Shown: positions 1 through 11,972 of the stretch, one piece after another
Layout: every line of letters starts with the position of its first letter
Numbering within the stretch: position 1 is the first letter of the stretch
From: Perkinsus chesapeaki ATCC PRA-425
Taxonomy: Eukaryota > Protista > Perkinsozoa
Direction of reading: 5' to 3'
NCBI GenBank assembly: GCA_013115145.1
Contig: JAAPAO010000197.1
Span: forward strand, 1 to 54,298
Length of the DNA stretch: 54,298 nucleotides
Program-made: the position numbers and the translations under genes
The notes under the pieces: generated by a model
What the model was told of the DNA's origin: nothing
Database searches by the model: none
The model's input: the letters and a program-made list of their open reading frames with translations, nothing else

Positions 1-817
<817 letters not shown>

Positions 818-2525
818 ATGAAATCATTCTCAAGCCGAATCTCGACTCTCTTCACACGGCGATTTTGCTCGTCCACCGGCCTATCCAAGCCCATTAGCGG
901 CACGGTAGCCGAGGCCGTGGGTGGCAGCGCAACAGGATCGGCAGCTAGGCCATGGGTCAAAAGCGGATGGGAGAAGCCCGTGGGTACGTCAGTAACTTCC
1001 TTTGCCCCCAATACAATATCCATTCTCAGGCTACTGGCTGATGGGGACTTCCGGGCTCCTGGCTGGCATGGTGCTAGTGGGCGGCTACACTCGGCTGTCT
1101 GGCGCCGGCCTTTCGATGACAAACTGGAAATTTCAGGCAAGCCACAGCAATCTCTACGTCAACTGGCAGCAGATCTTTCTGTAGGGATCCCTGCCACCTA
1201 ATACACCCGAGGCTTGGGAGCACGAGTTCCTCCGTTACCAGGAGTTCCCCGAATACAAGCGGATCCACAAGGTGATCTGCTTCAGCGGAACCATCCACCA
1301 CATAGTCATTACAGAACACCATGACCGTCGATGAGTTCAAGGAAATTTATCTTATTGAATGGTTCCACAGAATGCTCGGCAGAAGTACCAGTAGCGCATT
1401 TTCCGATCACTTGAGGGTGTGCTTGCAGGCATTGGCCTCTTCTTCGGAGTGCCATTCGCGTTCCTCTCGCTGAGCAAAGTCATCAAGCTGCCTCTGGGCA
1501 GTCGTCTTGGCTTCCTGCTCGGAGCCGGCGCAACTCAAGTAGGTTTCAATGTTCCACGAACAAGCCCGTTGGGCCATTCCTGCATTAGGGGCTAGTGGGC
1601 TGGTGGATGGTCCGCTCCGGTCTCGAGGAGAATCCTGACCCCTACGCTCGCCCACGCGTATCCAGCTACCGCATGTGCTTCCATTGGCTCATGGCGTTGC
1701 TGCTCTATGGAGGTACATCTGTTGCCCGTTCGAAGTGCCGCAGCACAACCCTAATAGGTACCGTGTGGTGTGGTCTATCCGTACTTCGACCAACTCCCGC
1801 TTCTAGCAAGCTGGCATCTCTGACAGCACTGAAGTCTCTACGAAGATGGGCGCTGATTCCGACCTTGGCAGCTCTGATTACGCTGACTAGCGGACCTTTC
1901 GTTGCGGGTATTCTGCCTAGTGCCCGCTGAACCGACTGAGTCTTGCCCATTCTAGGCCTGGATGCTGGTCGCGCCTTCAACACGTGGCCAAAGATGATCG
2001 ACGACTGGGTCCCTGACGAAGCCTGGAAATTATGGGGTGATCGAGGTCTCGTTTCCCCAGTATGATCCCATCATTCCAGGTGACCTGCTGAAAACCGGCA
2101 AGACCCAGTGGCTGGCTGCGACTGAGAACACCGCCGTTGTCCAGTTTAACCATCGCTGCCTGGCATACACCACTGTTATCTCATCGGTTCTCCTTGGGCT
2201 CTATGCGCGCAGAATCAAAGACGTAAGACGCCGCCGCTGTGGGCAATTACCCGACTGCCGCCTTCCACCACAGGCCATCCCCAAGAGTGCCTACAGGGCG
2301 GCCATTTCTACGAGTCATCTCTCTATAATCCAGATGCTGCTTGGCATCTCGACTTTATTAATGTATGTTCCCACGGAGCTCGGTAAGTCTCCCTCCCTGC
2401 GCGTCCCCCTACTGTTCCCGGTTGCAGGTGTATTACACCAAGGTGGCGGGCTTGCGGTATTCACGGCTCTGGTCATGCTACGACACGCATGTCGCCTCCC
2501 GCTGCCCCCAGTGCCAGCCGTATAG
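818..2525 (+). CDS. COX15: heme A synthase COX15 (multi-exon, N-terminal mitochondrial presequence-like region)
   Basis: Exon translations GYWLMGTSGLLAGMVLVGGYTRLSGAGLSMTNWKFQ|GSLPP..EFLRYQEFPEYK, IEWFHRMLGR, GWWMVRSGLE..RVSSYR, GPFVAG..LDAGRAFNTWPKM, VQFNHRCLAY, QMLLGISTLLMYVP..LHQGGG match COX15 motifs. Confidence 0.95.
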
Positions 2526-2911
2526 GCCCTGATTGGCGCTATGTCTCTCAGTGTCTCAGATTTCATTAATCACATTTACGGTACTCTTGGTAGCCTTCAG
2601 ACCATGACATTCGCGAGTTTCTGACTCACCGTTATTGCGTTCCTTACTTATTAAAAATATCAATACCACTTCAAGTGCACTTGGTTCGCCTACTCGTTGA
2701 AGTATCATCTAACTTGAATAGATAAATTCATCAAGATCCATTAATCGTTACATACAGTACAATAAACCCGTTACGTGTGGAAACGGAGGCCCAAAACCTC
2801 AGCCTTTAGAAACCCGAATATGGATGATGAAGTAGTTATCTTTAATGAACAACATGTCACAAATTAACAGTGAAGTACGTGCGCAACAATGTTGATAAAA
2901 GAAACCATCAG

Positions 2912-4164
2912 TCACCGAAAGAAATGTGGTTCACGAACCGGCGGGCGCACAGTATCGAATGACAAGCCCGCGGCCCATCTGCCGAAGTATCCTCGGGCCT
3001 TAGAGCTCCCCAAGGCCGCTGGTATTGCATCGAAGTGCATGTCCAAGGCATTTGTAGGGCCGAGGATGGGTACGTTTTTAAAGTGCTCGATATGATGTGC
3101 CTGAAACACTACCGCTTCGGTGAACAAGAACCACGAATGGTTACCTGTAAACCGCATGCCACGCATTTGCGGACGAATTCATCAATTTCGAGCTTGATCC
3201 ACGGTCGCTCAGCATCTGCCGTCTGCCTTGGTGTAGAATGGACTTCTATCTCGACCTTCTTATCGATGGCTTTCACCTCTTCAGGAGATACTGGGAATAA
3301 CTCGTCCGGCTGATTCAAGCCAGGATCGATAAACGTCAATCTGAAACCTTCACATCACACAGTGAAATGGAGCAACATTACTTTCTCAGGGGCAAGTCAG
3401 CAAATCCGCTTTTCATGAGCGATGATAGGACAATACAGCCCTTGCTGAAGCCGTAGAGGCTCACTTCTGTGCTAGACGCATCCAGTTCGCCCTCCATAAC
3501 GTTTTGTAATAGACGTTCCAAGTGGGCAGTTCCGTCCGGGGCTATATCGGGGTTCTCTCTCATGTCCTTCCAGCGCGGACATCCGTGAGCGTCGACAAGA
3601 GTGAAATTCGAGTAGATGGCGTAAACAGAATCGGTCAGAAGATGCGGACGAATTAGTATCTGATCAAAATGACAGAATCTTGGGGCCAGACAATTGAAGC
3701 GCAGACTAGCACATTCTAGTTACATTCTACCGGAAACATGCCGCATCTACGACCCGCTCGGGAATTGCTTGGTCCGCATTACGCTTTCAAAGCTCACTGG
3801 AGCCATCGGACAGTTGTATCAATGTTAGTGGTCCCGTGGCGCTACACACTGTACAAGGTTAAAGAGTTGTCAGAGACTGGCCAAGCTGTTGACATTTCTC
3901 ACGGACCTACTTGGCATGAAATTGACTCACCAGATCGACATCCTGCGGCACTAGACTGCTGATAACCCATGCAACGCCATCTATACTGTAACGGTAATCG
4001 CTACGAACATCTCCAGTGGGGCGAGACCTAAACCCTCCAGCGAACGTAGAGATATCCCCCAGAAACCAAACTTGAATGTTATGCCCAGAACCCTTTCGAT
4101 GGTACACGTAGTTGGTGCGGCCCACGAGGCCCTCGACCGCCCTTATGTCGAAGGATAAAGTCAT
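2912..4164 (-). CDS. C2orf69/UPF0565-like alpha/beta-hydrolase-fold protein (multi-exon)
   Basis: Motifs VWFLGDISTF, LYGFSKGCIVLSSL, FIDPG, EVHSTPRQTADAERPWIKLE..HHIEHF parallel C2orf69 (YFPGDVQ, GFSKGCVVLNQL, WLDGG, HTHVTPYQVRDPMRSWI); ATG at 4164. Confidence 0.75.
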
Positions 4165-4273
4165 CAAAGAATCAATCCTCAACAGGCTCGCCTTCAGAGG
4201 CAATGTCAAACTAAACCGTCTGGTTGAATCAGAAACCACACAGAGTGAAATGGTCTGAATCTAGCAGGAGCTG

Positions 4274-4681
4274 TTACGTCATTTGATTAACTGCCTCGGA
4301 CGGTAGACGGATGACCATGTTATCCATCTCAGGGACCACGGTAACTTGGCACCCAAGACGGCTGGTGTCGGATACGTCAACGGCGAGGTCTAGCATGTCC
4401 AGCTCCTCCTAAACCACACAGCCACAGTGGACCTTCACAATATTCAACTAGTTGACGCTACCTCATCAGGCTCGGGTAGCTTACTAAAGACGTCCTCAGG
4501 CAGGATCATGTGGCACGTAGCGCAAGCACACTAAGCAATAACTTCGCACCGCCGCTGCCTCATCAACTAACCTGGCCACCACAAGCAGCTTCGATGTCGA
4601 AGCTGCTCGGGCAGCTTGGGCAAGCGTTCGGGCTGCGCGGAGGAACAAAGGAAGAGTTGGTCGGAGATTAGACGTCAGCAT
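4274..4681 (-). CDS. mitochondrial adrenodoxin-type [2Fe-2S] ferredoxin, N-terminally truncated and frame-broken (possible pseudogene or assembly error)
   Basis: Spliced translation DIEAACGGQ|CACATCHMILPEDVFSKLPEPDE|EELDMLDLAVDVSDTSRLGCQVTVVPEMDNMVIRLP* contains all four Cys ligands; upstream MLTSNLRPTLPLFLRAARTLAQAARAAS resembles a presequence but is out of frame with the core. Confidence 0.85.
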
Positions 4682-4775
4682 TTTGTCAACGTTTGATCTG
4701 ATCGGTTCAGCTGGTGATGCGCGGAACGCCATATACTGTCGAACGCCGAACACAAGTGCGGGGGACGCACAGAAA

Positions 4776-5882
4776 TCATTTTGTTTTGGGCTTGCTGTCA
4801 CTAACGCTCTGCCTTGAGGGTGCGAACAGCCATCGCGGCCTTTGCTGGATGAACATAAACCACCACATCGCGATCGCTGCGATAACAGCGGCGCCGAGTG
4901 CCGGGACGAGCCGTAACTGACAATAGAGAAATACAGCGCCAAGTTCCGAAGCACTGGGCCGTCGAAAAGGACTCACCTGGCTCTCTGGCAGCAACCCAAA
5001 TAGCAGGGGCTCCATAATAATGTTGAACGCCACGGGCTCCTGAATCTTTCCGGGGATGTACGATGCAGATTTCGGACGGGTTTGGAGCTGGAGAATATAT
5101 CGTCTAAACGCAAAAAAATCATTCCACAGTTTCACTGTTAAAGAACCGTCGAACTTATCAGGCCATGCAGCCGTACTGTCCTGAAAAAGCTACACGCAAC
5201 CCAAATCTAACACTTTTTTCATTGAACCGGATCACGTTCCCAATCTTCGATGCCTATGGGTCCACAGCACGCGGCCTACCTCAGTGTAGAGTCTGGCATC
5301 CCAGCTCCAACGATGGTGCCATTGTCATCGGTTCTGAACATGATCTTGAAATCACCGGCCTTGATAGCATTATCAGCATTATTGTCAGCGGACAGGATGA
5401 ACAGTGTGCTCATTGGGGCCTGGCCTGGCATGGACGTCTGACAAAGCAACAATGAGGATAAGTAAAGTACGCAAACAGGACAAGGTATGCTCAACGCCAT
5501 GTCGAGATGATCACACTGTTGAACGATGGCCACCGAGCTCCGCAGTATCGCCGGCGCGAGGTACCGCGCGCTTCATTCCGCTCCACTATCTGGCATTCTT
5601 CCGAAGTATTAATCCAGTAATAAAGATACCCAATATATTTACTCTAAGAAATAACAAAGACAGATAACTTACTCTTATTTCGTAACCTGCACTAGGCTTC
5701 AGACCCTCAGCGTCGATAATATATGTAATAACATCCCCAGGAACAGCTGTTTCAAATGATAGCAACTGGCCTGGTACCAGCGTCTTGCTCGCGGCTCTAT
5801 CTGCAGGGCCCCTCACCGCACCAACTGTACACAAGGTACATACCAAGAACAGTAGCGCCAGTAGTCGGAATCGCGTCGACAT
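4776..5882 (-). CDS. type I ER membrane protein, Pga1-like (multi-exon)
   Basis: Signal peptide MSTRFRLLALLFLVCTLCTVGA; EGLKPSAGYEIR|TSMPGQAP; FNIIMEPLLFGLLPES then a TM segment (LVPALGAAVIAAIAMWWFMFI) and C-terminal KPKTK (KxKxx). The gene is well supported; the Pga1 family call is recalled similarity only. Confidence 0.55.
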
Positions 5883-6277
5883 GCACAAAGTGAAGCTACC
5901 GGAGGGATTGTAAGGCGATAAGACTCAACTGTCAACTATGGTTGGGTCTCATAGAGCAACGTAGCGTGAGATATTCCATATCCCTTGTGATCCTTACACC
6001 CTTATAGACTTCTACAACGTAGCTGAATACGTCTACAAGACACTGATCAATTCGACCGTTGTGTCGTGGTCCATGCCCTCACTAGTGAGCGGTACGCAAT
6101 GAGCTAATGCAAATATCAGTTTCTAATATAAGTAGAACGACTACACTAACAGGAACCCAAAGCATACCGTTCGATGAAGGGTAACCAACCCACTGGACTG
6201 TCTAACTCAACACATAAATGCACTAAGAGGAACACTACAAATTAAGCTGTTAACAGTGAGGTAAACAATGCACATTA

Positions 6278-8599
6278 TTATTCGCTCTTTTCGGATATCT
6301 TCGGACCCTTCTTGGCCTTGGCTCCGGCAGATACAGCTGCCTTCCGTGGCTCTTTTGTGGCCACTTCTTTCCGTGGCTTTTTCGTGACCACTTCTTTCTG
6401 TGGCGACTTAGCCGCGGCTCTCCAATCGAAGTTAGCGATGAATGTGCACACAATCGCTAACTGGCTCATAAAGAACAGCGCTGATGCACCGAACAGCTCC
6501 ATGAACCTAAACAACAGCGAAAGTAGTGCGGCATGGTAGGGAATTTATACTCAAGATAAAACGATGCAGATGGTTACACTTGTACGCTACGCCCATTTCG
6601 AAGTCGCCATTGAAGAACGTGAGCTACGAGAACGAACCTTTATATCGCGCTTCGACTAGGGGCCTTGTTCCCAGATGAGGAACATCATGACGAAAATGGC
6701 TTGTTCATAATAGAACACCGCAGCCAGCCGAGGTGGACGACCGTTAACAAGGGTCTATAGCAGATCCGCGATGACCATTCTGGCTTACGTGTTCTTCCCC
6801 TCGAACTCCAGCTGATATGCAAAGAACAGCCACAAGCCCTCCGTGGCCAGCCACATGACTGAAATAGAGCACCAGTTCGCAATGAAGATGCCAACAAAGG
6901 TTCCTTCTGCTTACCCCCTAGAATGAGCAGCCATGTCTTGTTGACCGTAGGTTTAAGTTGGCCCAATGCCAAAGGCAACAGTGCGAGATACCACACAAAG
7001 TACTGGGCGGTGCACACCTTATTGTAGGCCACGAATAGCACGGTCTGAGCATCTAACATCAGGGAAGGGGGGAAATTGAGGGCCTACTTGGAGGAAGCTT
7101 CCCATATTAAGACTGATGCGACTGAAGTAGCAACCAACAGCCAGCACCACCACCCACTGGGGAATGAAGGTAACGATTGATAGGGCCATTGATGGTGTCT
7201 CTGCGGAGAGGTACCTGAAAGGGCATAACAAAACGACTGCTTCATCCTAGCTTTACATCAGGTAGAAGAATATTGAGAAGTTGTGACGGTGATCTCTTCG
7301 AACGAAATGGTAGAGGTAGGTCTGAGGGGGGTTGCAAATAGACGATAATTTTGAAACCGCGGAGTAGCTACCTCGAAGAGGAACTCCCAACCGTAGATAT
7401 AATAGAGGACTCCGAGCAGGACAAAGAACAGTCCAGCACTAATCACTGTATACCATATCTGAGAGAGGCAATCGATGTGGAAGCGATGGTGAGGTGGAAA
7501 GGCAAACAGCACAAAAAAATGGTCACCTGCTTGCTATTAAGCTTGAGGGCATTCCAGAAGCCAACCCTTTTGAAGTCCAGAAAGTCGGGATTAAGATACC
7601 TGAAAAATTTTTCTACCAGTAGGTGGTAAGACGATGGTTTTACATGACCAAAGGTATGGCGTAAATGACTGGGAATATCTTCATGTGGACACTCAAGCCG
7701 AACCACAAGGCGCTGCGGATCCACTCACCACGTTGAATATGATACAGTGTTGCTACCACCATAAGGCAGATGAGGGAATCTGACGACAAGGGGGAGAGAG
7801 AGCTTAGATGTTATTAGTATCACAGTAAAAACCTTTGGGAGTAGTTAGCGTAGAAACAATAATAATACGCAGAGGAATCTTAAATGATGAATAACAGTGA
7901 ATGAGTAGATCACAGTAGAGAGGTCCTTTCGGTACATCCTCAGAAAGGTTTCCTCATTACCAATTCATTGCTTCCTTCTACGAAACAAAACACTACATTT
8001 CACATGAACAATTTTCATACAACAAATCCCTATTTCAACAAGGATACCCTACTCACCTGCATTCCCCCTCGTAGACACATTCAGTGTGATAGGAGACAGG
8101 AGCCACACAGCCGAAAGCTTGCTCGCCATCCCCGGCGTCTTGCCGGAGTCCTTCAGCATCCTATACCTAATATCAACCGGTAACCAGAACCCACCGACTC
8201 TCACACTTACAGCATTAGCCCAATGGCCATATCGCACAGAGAGAACAGCACCTTCCCGAATGTTATATGGAGGCTGATGTTAGGCACCAAAAGCCACGCT
8301 CTAATAAAGGTAGTACAAAGCAGGCACGATAGGTCGATAACTCACAACAGAGGAGTGTAACGGTAAGTGTGTCGTTCAAAGGGGCTGCCACCGTTGTAGA
8401 CAGCTCGAGCCGCGTCGGTATAAACCCAATAATCGACATCTGTGTACTTCACTCGCACTAAGGGATGAAGGTTGCCGTACATCAGAAATCGAGGCTTACG
8501 ATGAGTATCTTGCCAATGGCCGTAGAGAATCAAACACACATGTATGGCAGCAGACAGCACCGCGACAAAGCGGAAATCGGACAGTGCCTCATTCAACAT
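6278..8599 (-). CDS. PIGM: GPI mannosyltransferase I (PIG-M/Gpi14), multi-exon
   Basis: [45 protein letters not shown] (DxD motif), HFTIYPI-type segment, [39 protein letters not shown]. Confidence 0.96.
6326..6405 (-). repeat. coding imperfect tandem repeat (about 3 x 27 nt; [27 protein letters not shown]) in PIG-M tail
   Basis: ccacttctttccgtggc / ccacttctttctgtggc units visible on + strand. Confidence 0.7.
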
Positions 8600-8804
8600 A
8601 TTAACAACAGTAACACCTATCATCGAGAGGCTTCTTTGTCCCACTAGAGCTCAACAGCTGGTATGTAGAGGAAATGTAGAACAGTAAAGGACAGCAACTC
8701 TATCATAATAAAACAGGACAGCAGCAACTCCCACTGCTGACATGTACGGTGTTGGAGGGAATCTTAACAACAACTAGTAGTAAAAACAAGCATACACGGC
8801 CATC

Positions 8805-11800
8805 TCACTGCGATGGACGAGAGCCATAAGCAAAGCCGCCGCCGTTCGCAAAGGGATTCAAACTTGCAAAGGGGTCACCCGGCCTGTGCGCCTGCACCTG
8901 GGGCGCTGGAGCGTACTGACCTGCAGGAGCAGCAGCAGCAGGCATTGCTCCTCTGTTATTATACACCTAAGCCACATCAATTATCATAACACCATTACAC
9001 TCAAGCTTACCATATTAGAAGCAGCTGGAGGGGGAGGCGAGGGCATCCTTGGGGCAGCGGCGGCCGAGCTGTAATCTCCGAGCCTACCGAGTGGCACACT
9101 ATTGCTGGGAGGGGCATACGGCATCGGTTGGGCCCTCGACGGAGTGCCGCTTGTATACTGTGGGCTAGGCATCATCTGTGGCGGTCGCTGATACTGGGGC
9201 GGCGGTGTCCCTGGGCGCTGAGGTGCAGCTGCCTGGGGCGCCTGCCTGCTGTACTGGGGGTATCCTTGCGGTTGGGCAGCTTGCGGCGGAGGAGAGGCAT
9301 ATCTTTGCGGAGCTGGCTGGGACGTCTGAGCTGACCTTGGTAGTGCAGATGCCGGTACAGAGTTCGGCGGTGGGCCTTGGTAGACATAGTACGGCTGTCG
9401 AGCCTGCTGCTGCTGAGCAACTGCCGGTGGCGCCGGCGGAGATGCTATCCGGGTTTGTTGTTGCGTGCTGGGCCGCGGCTGCTGCTGCTGCTGCTGGTAG
9501 TGGAGCGGTCGTCCAACAGGCGGATGTTGTTGTTGTTGCCTCGGTGCTGGCGGGGGCGTCACATTTCTATACCCACCAGACGCGGCCACCCTTTGCGGTG
9601 GGGGCGGTGTAATGGGCCTCTGCTGTTGCTGGTGCTGGAAAGGATTCCCTTGACTAGATTGGACTTGGGCCGCCGCTATATCGAGTGAGGCGAAGTCTCC
9701 AGTATTCCACACATTACTGTTCTTCATAGCCGCGCCCCACCCGCCGTCCACCGGTCTGGGTTGCTGCTGCGGAATGACCGGCCCCGCTCGGCTAGCCGCC
9801 ACTTGCCCCCGAGGAGGCACCACTAAAGCCACCAGAATCTCCTCAGAAACCTCAGACGTTCGGCTCACCTATGCCACCTCGATCGCCGGGCCTGTCGCTA
9901 TCCCAGTGCAACATGGTCATGAGCCCCTCACAGTTGTCCGTCATGGCATCGACTTGATTCGACGGCCGAGCATCTGAGATCACTAATTCTTGGCGGAGCG
10001 AAGCAAGACTTTTTACCGTCATATTCATCGTCACTATCGCTGTCATCGTTATCATCATCTAGCTTCATATGAGCCGGATAGCCCTTACCTGACCTCGAAA
10101 ATATCTTGCAGAGAAGCGGAGCGAAGCGCCAAATACGTTTGTCAGCCGCATCCTCCTCGGGCTCCTCCTCCTCATCACTTGAGCTCTCACCATCGTCTCC
10201 TTGCTCCTGGCGCTGCTGTATCGCCCTATTACGAGCCTCTTCCTCTTGTTTAACCCACTGCTCCCTTTGAGACTGCACATCCTTTGCATGCCGAGCCTCG
10301 ATATCGCGCAACATTGCAATCTGACAATGACTCAATAGTGCTTCTTAACTACACCGACTCCGTTCTATACGCAGAAAAGCATGCAAAGAGGAATTTCAGC
10401 GCTTAAGGGGGGAGGGGGCGCCACAGAAGCTCTAACAATAAAATAGATGGTTCCCGACAGTCACCTGTGGACAAGTGTTAAACGCACACAACACCCTACT
10501 TTGCAAATGACCTTTGTATCATCCTATTGCACCACCGTACCAAAACACCAATTGCAATATTTATTACTATTAATAATAATCCTAACTTATTAACACGTAC
10601 AAGCCCTTTCACCCATGGAGGGAGATACATTACACAACTCCAGGTCGATAGCTCCCTCGAAGCCCTTCTACCTGCGTATGATATTCCTCCTGGCTCATCG
10701 GCACCGGTGTTCCCTCAGCTCGAGACGGCACCGTGCCGTCCTTGGCATCCTTCTGCATCTGCATCGCCCCAAAGACCCCCGGTGCCCCCATTGGAGCTGC
10801 AGCTACCATCATCGCATTATAGGACTCCCAATTAGCAGTATTGGACTGACAACAAAGCCAACTGCGCTCAGAGACCTCACAGAAAGGTGGTCCTCAACGT
10901 CGAGGTGGAAAGCAAATTTTGCCAGCAAAAGTTCCCAGGGCAAAAGGAAATATCATCACCACATGACTCCCTGACTGCAAGCATGCCTCCACATTGTGGA
11001 CAACGCAATCGGCAATGTTTGGCGTCTCGAAGCTGGACAACTCCTCAATGCGAACTAGCAATACATCTCCTCCTCGTAGGAACTCACATCAGGGGCTCCA
11101 TTAAACGGGAGATTCACTGCAGCCTCCGAGGCCGGGCCCTTCTGCTTATCCTTCCAGTTATCCACTCCTTGCAGCTTAGCCCGCAATAGCATCTCTCCTG
11201 CGTATTTGCCATCGTGCAGTAGTGTTACCCACCTAGCACACAACCGCTGTCCCCTGAGCACCCAGCCTGATATCCATAGTACCCTCGGACTTCACCATAT
11301 TTCCGTATAACTTTCATACTAAGATGACAGGCGGCTGCGTTCTTGTCCGATCGGAAGGTCCTCTCCAATATGACCGTTATGTGCACCTAAAAGTGTCCAC
11401 ATAAAAGCCGTAAGTACACTATGAACCCCTACGAAGGCCTTGTTCCAGAAATCAGCGTTATTGGCTTGTTGATCTCCTTTCAAGAAGAAGCCAGCTTCTC
11501 TATTGAACTCCTTATCGTTGCCTCCATCTAATATAACCAACGACACTTTACACAAACCACATGGAGAAATCTTCAAGTACACCGCAAAGACTGATCTTCG
11601 AGCTATTCGCGCTATATAGGTAACCAAAGCCCCTAAACCAAGTGTACATTCACTAGGGTTACAGAAAGACACCGCTGATGGTTCGGTTGGAAAGCATCTA
11701 CTTTTTACCAACAACCGACTTCGCCGCCGCAATTTTCCCTAAATTTTCCTCGATTATTCGCTCCTATCATACCGCCGGTTATTACCAACCCAAGCGGTCC

Positions 11801-11924
11801 TCTTAGGCTTCTGACCATCCAATTCAACCTCTACAGCATGACAGCCGGTATCCTTCAAATGCTTAACCCTCATAACAGATACCCGCAGCTCAGGCTTAAC
11901 CCATCCTTGGGCGTTGGTCGGCAT
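8805..11924 (-). CDS. C2-domain protein with coiled-coil/acidic middle and Pro/Gln-rich tail (multi-exon)
   Basis: N-terminal LRVSVMRVKHLKDTG..VELDGQKPKRT and later VILDGGNDKEFNRE..LLHDGKYAGEMLLRAKL resemble C2 beta strands; 294-aa P/Q-rich exon 8984-9868; last exon ends GDPFASLNPFANGGGFAYGSRPSQ*. Confidence 0.65.
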
Positions 11925-11972
11925 CAGTTATAACAAGAAGACAACAATAAAAGAGAACAACACCCGACTGCA

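Noticed and set aside
2530-2900. Possible C/D snoRNA boxes (ATGATGA at 2824-2830; CATTCGCGAGTTT-CTGA near 2609-2625 resembling an 18S complement)
   Set aside because: No matching C and D pair at a sensible distance and the guide match needs a bulge; more simply convergent 3' UTRs. An Infernal/snoscan run would settle it
5960-6101. Short protein-like frame EIFHIPCDPYTLIDFYNVAEYVYKTL on the plus strand
   Set aside because: No start, splice context or recognisable family
9128-9688. Ala/Val/Leu-rich plus-strand ORFs
   Set aside because: Antisense shadows of the Pro/Gln-rich exon
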